Positions 51,745 through 61,800 of a stretch of 64,000 bases of DNA are shown piece after piece; position 1 is the first letter of the stretch, and the number at the start of each line of letters is the position of its first letter. Position numbers and translations under genes: made by a program. The DNA comes from Chara braunii (lineage: Eukaryota; Plantae; Charophyceae), in NCBI GenBank assembly GCA_003427395.1, contig BFEA01000036.1, positions 2,190,241 through 2,254,240 on the forward strand, in the 5' to 3' direction. The notes beneath the pieces are model-generated. The model did no database searches. It was not told the DNA's origin and was given only the letters and a program-made list of their open reading frames with translations.

Positions 51745-53499
51745 ACGACCGCCGCCCCCCCCCCCCCCCTTTGTTCTTCTCCTTCTTCTCATGCTTTTCC
51801 ATCATAGGTTTCGAGTTCAACAGTAGCAGCCTTTACATGACAAGGTACCACTATCATCCTCGTTATTCATCACCACATGCCCCTTTCCCTATCCATTTCC
51901 CTCCTGCTCATCCACCACCATTAGCGCTGCCACCACCGCACTGCCTTATCATCAATATCTTCACCATCTCACAACTGCCACTCCCACCACAACCACTGCC
52001 TTATCATCAATATCTTCACCATCTCACAACTGCCACTCCCACCACAACCACCACCACTACCGCTATCATCCATGTCATCAGCATAATTGTTGTCAGTATT
52101 GTCACTCCATCATCATGATTCTTATCATCATCAGCCACAGAAGTATTGTCCTGTTACCATCATCCTCATCCTAATCGCATCACCATCATCATCATCCTCA
52201 TTGCATCATGGCCGTCATCATCACCGTCATCCTCACCACCCTGGCCATCAATCTCACCTAATCCTTAACACCAAGACCACCACTAGCGCAAGGATCAGCA
52301 GTGGCAGCACCGGCAGCACCACCACCACTAGTATCATCATAAGTAGCGGCAGCTCATCACCATCACCATTCCCCTGTCAACATCGTTCCCATCCCCACTA
52401 TCCTCACGGCCCTTCGTCATCATCATTATCTTTATCATTGTAGTTCCCATTTTTCATGTCCATACCCTCAGCAGTGCCAAGCCAATCATCACGATGTCCT
52501 AACTGTCCGCCTCTTCTAACCCTTCGTCATCACCACTATTAGCCTGAGTCATCACGATAGACGCACAACCACCACAACGACCACCCCCACCTCCAGCAGC
52601 ACCATCACCCCCACCACTATCAAAGAACAGCCATTTATGTTCTTTTATTCTCTTCGTCTTTCCATTCTTCCTATTCCACGTCTTGAGACATAGATCTGAA
52701 GTTTCTGAACTTCATCACCCACGTAAACACCCCCTTCTCCCTCCCCCACCCACGTAAACACCCCCTTCTCCCTCCCCCACCCACGTAAACACCCCCTTCT
52801 CCCTCCCCCACCCACGTAAACACCCCCTTCTCCCTCCCCCACCCACGTAAACACCCCCTTCTCCCTCCCCCACCCACGTAAACACCCCCTTCTCCCTCCC
52901 CCACCCACGTAAACACCCCCTTCTCCCTCCCCCACCCCCCCCCTCCCCCCCCCGAAGGCATGCTCACACTCAACCATTGATTCCCTGTGCACTTTCTGGT
53001 GGTTCTCGCCATGCAGAACAAAAGTAGATTAGTTTAAACTTTCACAATAGCTCCAATGCCGCATTCCAACAGGAAACCACGATGAAAATCCAACACCTAA
53101 GCAGTGTACAGACTACAATACCTGGTTTGCTTCCAAAGTACGCATTCCCTCCAATCATATCGGGAAGGCAGAATGGGTAGCCAAGCAGCCCAGATGTAAG
53201 TAGCGTTGGGATAACACTCCGCAAACCATTCCCCGAGCCCCAGTGCGAAAACCTGGGACCAAACACAACTCGAGCAACAAAACAGTGCATAAACCTGTCG
53301 TCAGAAATGAACTGCAAGTGCTGTCAAATATTTCGCAAGATTTCCCAAAAACGCTCTTAAGAGTCTTAACATAATTCTTCTTTTATTTTTTTTTGAAAAA
53401 AAGGCATTCTTGTTACATCAAAACTCAGACAGTCAACTGTGTTTTCCACTCTTTCGAAAAGAGAGCGTCATGTGAAAAGGATAAATGCATTCTGAGCCT

Positions 53500-53548
<49 letters not shown>

Positions 53549-53570
53549 AAAGGATAAATGTTCTGAGCCT

Positions 53571-53663
<93 letters not shown>

Positions 53664-53731
53664 CAAAGCGTCAGCAACACATTGCTACACCAGATGGCCA
53701 CCAAAGGATAAACGCCTCCTGAGCTTCCCGG

Positions 53732-53762
<31 letters not shown>

Positions 53763-55232
53763 AACCACGCACACACACACTCACACACTCACACACTCAC
53801 ACAACAATGCGTCATCAACACATTGCCACACCAGATTGCCACCTCCGTGGACATATCACCATCTTTCCTCTCCTGTCATCCTTGCCCTCCCCCCTACTCC
53901 GCTGCTCCTGCCAGAAACCATCTTATGTACAGGCAGTGCCAGGCTAGCAATACAACTATCAGTCAGGACACGTCCCCTGATCACTTCGAGGTAAGAAGCC
54001 AACCAGGCAGTTGCAAGCACTCGTACGAAGTGCCAGACGTGCATGTTATGCCAAAATGGGAATGAAATCAAAATTATATTTTTTTATAAGAGGCCACATG
54101 TAATCAAATCAGACATGCCAGCTTTTGTGAAACCAACGCATGCCCATCGCTGTCAGTCTTTTCATGTGCACCTCTTCATCTTCTTCCCTCTCTCCTCCTT
54201 GCCAGCATTGTACTAACAGCCCGTGGCTCCTTAGTCTCACCATCATGGCAGTTTTCCTCGCCATCCTTCTCCACTCACTTTTTTTCCCGCTACTTTTCTG
54301 TTCTCCACACTTTCACAATCATAAAAGGGAGAATAATGGAATATCCGAATATCATTAGTTTCACATATGATGTACTTCATGGTGACAAGAGGCGCAAGAG
54401 CGGGCATTGTTTTCCAGTCGATGGCGTGTTTGTAAGTTAGAACAAGATTTTTTCAGACTCTTCTTGATCGGACAAGGGACAAGTGATGGAGGGGGAGTGT
54501 GCTGAAATGATTGGACTTAATCGGAAGTTAGTCCACATCACGGTTTTTCTTTTTCTGCAGCTCCACTGACCTGTCGCCCATTCTTGTCAGCAATGGCACA
54601 CTCGTTGTTCGATGACCCGTCCGTACTTCTCCAACTTCAAAGTTCGATGCCACCTCCTGTGCACGTTAACGACAAACGAAATCTCCGTGAAAAATGCAAA
54701 AAAAAACTGAGGAACATGCCAGTGAAGTAACAGCACAGTCTCCAAGAGAAGGAGAGGGCTAGTATGGAAAAAAAATCAAAAAAAACTTGTGGACTGACAA
54801 TGCCAACTAGATAGTGTGAGCCTGTGAGGTTTTATATTGAGAGAACTCAGAGAAGAATATAGCTTCCTTAAAAAGGGAAAGAAAAGGGAAAAAAAAAAAA
54901 AAAAGAACAGAAACACGGCCAGTAAGAAAACCACATGAATTACAGGCACTCCAATTCTATTTCTGCCTTTGATCTTTTCATGTTCATCTTACGACTACTA
55001 ACTAATACTTGCCTTCTAGCAAAAGTTTCAGGAAACCACTTTGAAAAACTTAAGGCATGCGCACAGGCTAAAACACACTATAACACACACAGACAACATT
55101 AAACAAACTTTAACAAAGACAAAAATATAGACAAAGAAAGCAGAATAAAACAAGGGAAGCAGAATAAAGTAATTCTGAATTACCTAGGGCCCATCACTTC
55201 CGTGATGATATCTAGAGGCTGTTGGTCTCTCC

Positions 55233-55265
<33 letters not shown>

Positions 55266-58029
55266 TTGCTAACAGAAAGGCCTTGAAGCCCTCATGGAAT
55301 CAGCTTCCGTGAGAAAAAATAAGACAAAATAACTTTACAGTAAGACATAGGAATGATAGGATACTTTTTTTCCCCCCCACACCTTTTTTCTTCTATAAGG
55401 GCAACAATCTGGACTCTCGAGATATCGTCTTCCAAGTTCGAACTGACCGGCCCCAGGCAAAGTCAGATTTGTTTTCAGTCGTCTGATTCCATAGGAATTC
55501 AAGCTCTTGCGCCTCATCACCAAAGGGCCTGGCTCAGTTGGTACACCCATAAACTGTTGAAACTTGAGTTACAGACCTAAGTTCAAATCCAGATGCAGTC
55601 AATCAGATTAACAGAATAAAACAAGTCTGAATTACCTGGGGCCAGTCAGTCCAGTGATGATATCTCCGGACCGTCTCCCTCGAAGGGAAAAAACAGAAAA
55701 GAACTAGGCTACCAGCCGGGCCGCCCCGGTCCCCGGTGGCCAGCCCGTGCAAGGACCAGGGAAGGCCCCAGCAAAAAAAAAAAAAATAAAAAAAAAAAAA
55801 AATAAAAAAAAATCCCAAAACAAACTATGTTATGCAGAAAAAAACTGAACAACTTTTGCCTCAGGGTCACATCGAAATTCTTCACCAAATTTAGAATAAA
55901 AAATAAAATTAAAAATATTTATTTTATTTTTATTATTTCATTTGTTTTTGGCCCGGCCGGGCAAGTGACCCCGGGCCACTCTGGTAGCCTAGGAAAAGAA
56001 TCAAAAGATTCTTCAAAAAAAAAAAAAAAAGATTTCGAGAGTGGCACGTGACCACTTGCCCGGCCAGGCTAAATACGAAATACAAAAATAAAAAATAGAA
56101 AATAAAAAAATATATATTTTAAATTTGGTAGTAATTGGTACGCAATTTCGATGTGACCCTGAGGCAAAAGTTGTTCAGTTTATTTTTCTGCACAACATAG
56201 TTTGTTTTCGGATGTTTTGGATTTTGTTTTTCTTTTTTTTGCTGGCACCTTCCATGGTCCTTGCACAACCGGGCCACCCGGGAAAATAGGGTAACCCGGG
56301 CAGCCCGGCTGGTAGCCTAGCTCAGGCCTGTATTTCAACAGTACATGGGTGTAAGTTTGTGTAACAACTGAACAACTGTCTTCACCCGAATAGAACGCCC
56401 GGTCATTATCACTGCATCTGGACTTAAAGTTGGGCCAAATGCAGCTATAATGACCAGGCGTTCTATTTGGATGAAGACGGTGGGCCATCATGGAAAGATT
56501 TCCTCCATAATTGCTGGTCAGGACTCACAAGTATGGAAGGCTAGGATAAATGCCCTGTTGTCCTAAGACTCTGGAAAGTTAAATGTAGAGAGGTATTCAT
56601 AGCTAGAACCGTGGAAGCGTCAGCAAACGACTCAGCATGCATGTGAAAAGTGGAGGACATTTGGTTGCATCTCTCGGTCTTCTCGTGCATGTAGAGGAGG
56701 AGAGGCCGTTGGCTGGACAGCAAACCGAGTCAATAAAGATATACAGTACCGACCTGGACCCAGAGTCGTGTATATTCAATCGGTGATATGATAGGTGTAT
56801 GAGTGCGAAAGCGGCGAGGGAGGAAGCAAGGCTCTCCCGCATCAAACTTGAACCCATCGATCAAATTTTCCTCCTGCAGTTTCTTCAGCCGTGTCACAAA
56901 CCTGCAATCGCAGAGAGCGACAAGTTCGAAAAACAAGCAGTACACAAAGACGGAGATTGAACATAGGATGATAGGATAGATCTCAAAAAAATTGGTGCAC
57001 AGGAGGGACTTCGTACTTCGTACGTTCCGAGGTGGTTCCAGCACATAGACAGATTACGAGGCTCGTATTCGAACCTCGGGATCCAAGCGGGTTTCGTAAG
57101 ACAAAGTTACTTTCAATCGCAGGCCAAATAACTCGTGGAGTTTCACATAATGCAACTTTTTTCACGTAACTGTTTTGTTTCTGTCTAGCAAGATTGATTC
57201 TGTGATGCAGAATCCGAAGAGTGGAGATCAAGGCCAGTGACCTTTCAATGCTGGTCCTGGCCAAGCAGTACACAAAGACAGAGATTGAACATAGGATATG
57301 ATAGGATAGATCTCTAAAAATTGGCGTTCTACAGTGTGCATAAGAACACACAATACTTAGGAATGTATGTTCTTACTTAGCAATGTTGTTAATAAAGGAC
57401 AAGATGCGAAGCTTTCAGTAGGAGCATGCCCACACATTCCTTTTTAAATATTCTATTTATTTTACAATTTGGACCATTTCTCGATTTATGCGTGTCATCG
57501 TTGCGCAGGGGTCATGCTAATCTTCTCTATATCGTTCCAATTTTAACGGATGTCCCGAAGGACATGACCTCACATTCCTAATCAATGAAATTTAGCACTT
57601 GGGCTTCACCATTTTTTTCCGTCCTAGATAAGAACCAGTCACAAGGCCTCTCAGGTCTAACGCTCGGCGAAGATCACTGTAAGTCCAGTCGGACTACGGT
57701 GGTCTAGGCCGACGGGAGTGGGGAAGTGGATTAGTCAGCGTCGGTGGACTTGAGTTGGTGGACAGTAGGGGGAACCCCCTGAAGATGATGGCGTGGCTGC
57801 CATCGAAATGCGGTGTCGAGGACGCCAGTACCTCTGTTTTTCAGCTACATGATAATTTTGTCACACCTTCTGGACTTGTACTCTTTTGTCTTGTACTCTC
57901 CATTTGACCTTGTTTGGTTCTTTCCTAATCTAATCTCCTAATCTGGACAGCATTCAAAGAATGATGAAAGAAGCTCTTGCACCAAGACAGTTTATTCATG
58001 AGATAACCTACTCCTTTTTCTTTTTATTA

Positions 58030-58060
<31 letters not shown>

Positions 58061-58068
58061 TAATAATA

Positions 58069-58112
<44 letters not shown>

Positions 58113-59107
58113 CGAGGATCTGAGTACTCAGCAGGCCAAAGGGGCCCCTGTTGTATTCTGCGCCCGCCCTAAGTGAAGGCGGGCCTAATGAATCACGAGA
58201 ACCCTTCGGCTGTCAATTTCATATTGGGGCTCAGGCAGTTTCGTCGCGCCAGTTGGTTGACAGAAACACAGGCCGAGCAGCAAGGAAATTCCACGGCCTT
58301 CTAGGCTTTTCCAAAAGCGCAGGCCTTGGGCGAGATTCGCAGCCTCATACACAGACAGTTGGAAGGCCCAACCGAATGTGGCCCAGTATCTGCATCAGAG
58401 GCGCAGCATCCTGGGGCCTACCCGAAGCTTTTGGGCCCAGGCCCAGGCCAGCCAGGCTGCGAAGCCAGGCAGGCTCTTTCCATATAGGAAAGAGCTCGCT
58501 GCCTGGAGCGGCATTCAGCACTTGCATGCTGGCGGCAGCACTGCTGGAGCAGACGCTCGTGGGCTGCTGCTGGCACTGAGAGGCAAGGTGCTAGCGCGTG
58601 CGATCGTGCAGGGAGCAGGGCACTGCTGAGGACAGCGCCATAGCCCAGCCTCCATAGCTGGATGGGCTTGGACAACAATGAGGCGCAGGAGTGGTCTTCG
58701 GTTGTACAGAGGGAAGACGTGGGAGTAAGTCAGGGGAGAGAGAGAAGGATGATGATGATGATGATGTGAGGGCACATACCTGGTATTGGCGATGGTCTGC
58801 ATTGGGCGACATCTTCAAGTACTTCGTGGGCTGCTGACGTCAACAGTTGCATTGTCAATTACTAGGCAGACTGTAGCTGTGTAGGAAGTAGGCTGGGTGC
58901 CGAGCACCAATTAGGGAGATAGGGCCTGGACACTCATGTTGGTGTTGGAGAGAGCAAGCTCTCATTGACATTGGTTTTCAGTGTTACGATTCTTCATTGG
59001 TGTTATATTGGTGCATTTCTGCTTTCTGGGCACTGTTATACTATCTGGCCTTCAATGTGATTATGCGTTCTGGACATTGTCATCTCACTATTGCTCATTT
59101 TCCTAGC

Positions 59108-59138
<31 letters not shown>

Positions 59139-60176
59139 TAATAATAATAATAATAAATTTACTACTTCACTATGCCAATCTTAGATAAGAAGTATTAAGA
59201 AACCGTCACAACGCTTTTTTCGGGATATTCATTCAAGGAGACGATGAAATAACCTAATCGATTGGATTGATTCCTTGCACGGGGGCCAGGCTAATCTTTT
59301 CTGTATCGTTCCAAATTTAAAAGAATTGAGCAATGTTTTACAATACCATTTTCTTCAGGCTTAGATGAGAACCAGTCACTAGGGCACGTCATTATTTCAA
59401 AGCATGATGAAAGAAGCTTTCGCAACATGACATGATTTTCAGGAGATAACCTCAGATCAGACCAAAGTTATAAAAGAGATGATGATTGGAGGTATTGGAC
59501 AAGATTTGGTACCAGAGTAGGGAAAAACCCTCCCGAAGGCAACAGAGTTCAACAAGTTATCTTTTCATCTGCAGCCAAGTTCTGTAAACAGCATAATTTT
59601 TCCATATCCTACTTCTACCACCAGCTATGGTGGTCATCTACTACTCCGAGCTATGGCTGCCTGACCAACGCTCATTTCCCTCCCTGGCAGCAGCACAGCA
59701 GTATGGCACACTACAAACTAGCACTGAGTGTCCCGCAGGGCAGAAAATGTCACGACTGAACTGGCACCACACTGGGACATAGGACCCCCTTGGCTGGAAG
59801 GCCGCTTCATCCGTTAAGCGCTTAGGCTCGTACGAAAACTTTATCTGGACTGTCAGATGCGCTTGCAATTTCTGGCCAAAGGAGACAGAGGGGGAAGCAG
59901 GGGGAGGGGTGTGCCGCCTTTCAGGCAGACGTGGCAAACAAGAGCATCACAGATGGTTACTACACGGCACAGAAGAAGCAATGATGGAAAATGTCCGAAG
60001 ACAAAGCAGCTCAGAGAACTCACCATTTGACAGCATCCGGGTTTGTGACATCAAGCGCCACAGCAGGAGTGGGCTGCCACCTGTCACAGAAATGACAACC
60101 AATCAGTCAGATTTGCTAAGAACATCCTAACAAGTCATCGGAGGGTTTAATGAAGACTGAGATTGAGGGGGGGAGG

Positions 60177-60227
<51 letters not shown>

Positions 60228-60352
60228 NNNNNNNNNNNNNNNNNNNNNNNNNNNNNNNNNNNNNNNNNNNNNNNNNNNNNNNNNNNNNNNNNNNNNNNNN
60301 NNNNNNNNNNNNNNNNNNNNNNNNNNNNNNNNNNNNNNNNNNNNNNNNNNNN

Positions 60353-60404
<52 letters not shown>

Positions 60405-61150
60405 ATGGAATATAAACCACAAACCTGTACAGTCGTGAATTTGACGGAAACTGTGCAACCCATGATCCATGGGGGGGATGGTGAGAGGAAACCAACAACG
60501 AAGAAAACACCTGTGTAGCCCCCCAGGGCACTAATGCATGGTTCTAAGTTGGTATAGAACGGATGGGGTCACCCTGCCCAAACCACTTGAGAGTGCTGAT
60601 GCCTCCGACCTCGAATGGAATGGAATACACTCTGACCCTTGCAAAACCACAAACATAGGCACAACAGACGAGATCGAAAAGACGATAGCCAAACGCAGCG
60701 ACATTCAAGGCTCTCTGAACTAGTAAACGACCTGACGGACATGGATCGAAACCAAGCATTTACACAGCTTGAGGCCTATAGTATCGGAAATGCCATATAC
60801 TAACCATCTGAAGAACCCAGGCTTGAGGCCCCGTGTGGGCGGTGCATCTGACGATATGAAATAGCCTCTGCACACAGTCCAATGCAAATCCGAAATCGCT
60901 TCAGTCGAATTAAACACCAATTCTTTCCAATTACCGTTGGTTGAATTTGTTCCAAAGTTATTTGTGCACAGGCTCGTAGGACAACTGTAATGGGATAAGC
61001 ATGGGCTGAAGAACACTCCCAAATTTCTGTGCTTCCCCATCAGGTGATGCTCCCACCAATAGAAAGGGGCTTTTTGTTGAAAAAAACAAAACAAAAGAAC
61101 TTGCATTGAAGTCTCAAAGAGCCTTCCATTTTCTCTGAAGACGCAAAGAT

Positions 61151-61200
<50 letters not shown>

Positions 61201-61769
61201 TATACAGCCCTCCCCTCTCCCCTCCTATTGCTCTGCACTCAATGCTTTAAAAGGCTGAGAGTCTGAGATGCGTCCTTGCATGCATGTGCCATGTCAAGCT
61301 TTGATTGCCTTGGGTCATATTTAGTACTTACAATCTAGGCTGGGTCGTCCCCCGGCCAGGTATAGCCAGGCCAGCTGGGCCGGGGGGGGGATAGCCCGGC
61401 AAAACCAGGCAGGTCAAAAAAGAGGGAAGGATCCCCCCCAAAAAAGAAACTGACTTCAGGCCAGGACTGCGCTCAGCCTGAGCAGTCAGAATCCGGCCTT
61501 ACCTTCCATTTTGGTGGTGGGTCACCCAGGGGTGTTTTGGGGGGTATAAAGTTACTCTAACAGTGACTAGAGGGGTTTAAAAGGGTATATCTTACCTCAT
61601 TTCTCCTCATGTATTTTATCTTAAAATAAGGAATTTCCAGGGGACCCTCAGCCAAAAGATGCTTGTACTGCAATTTTACACAACATGTTTTTTATAACTT
61701 TTCTCCTAGGCTACCAGCCAGGCCGCCCGAGTCCCGGTGGCCAGCCTGTGCAAGGACCAGGGAAGGTCC

Positions 61770-61800
<31 letters not shown>

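Noticed and set aside
57678-57949. Solo LTR (TG...CA) upstream of U6
   Set aside because: No target-site duplication; the insertion is real but its class is unassigned
57960-58010. ATGATGA blocks (also ~59404) as box C/D snoRNAs
   Set aside because: Antisense to the host gene, no matching CTGA box D or terminal stem seen; explained as duplicated U6 upstream flank
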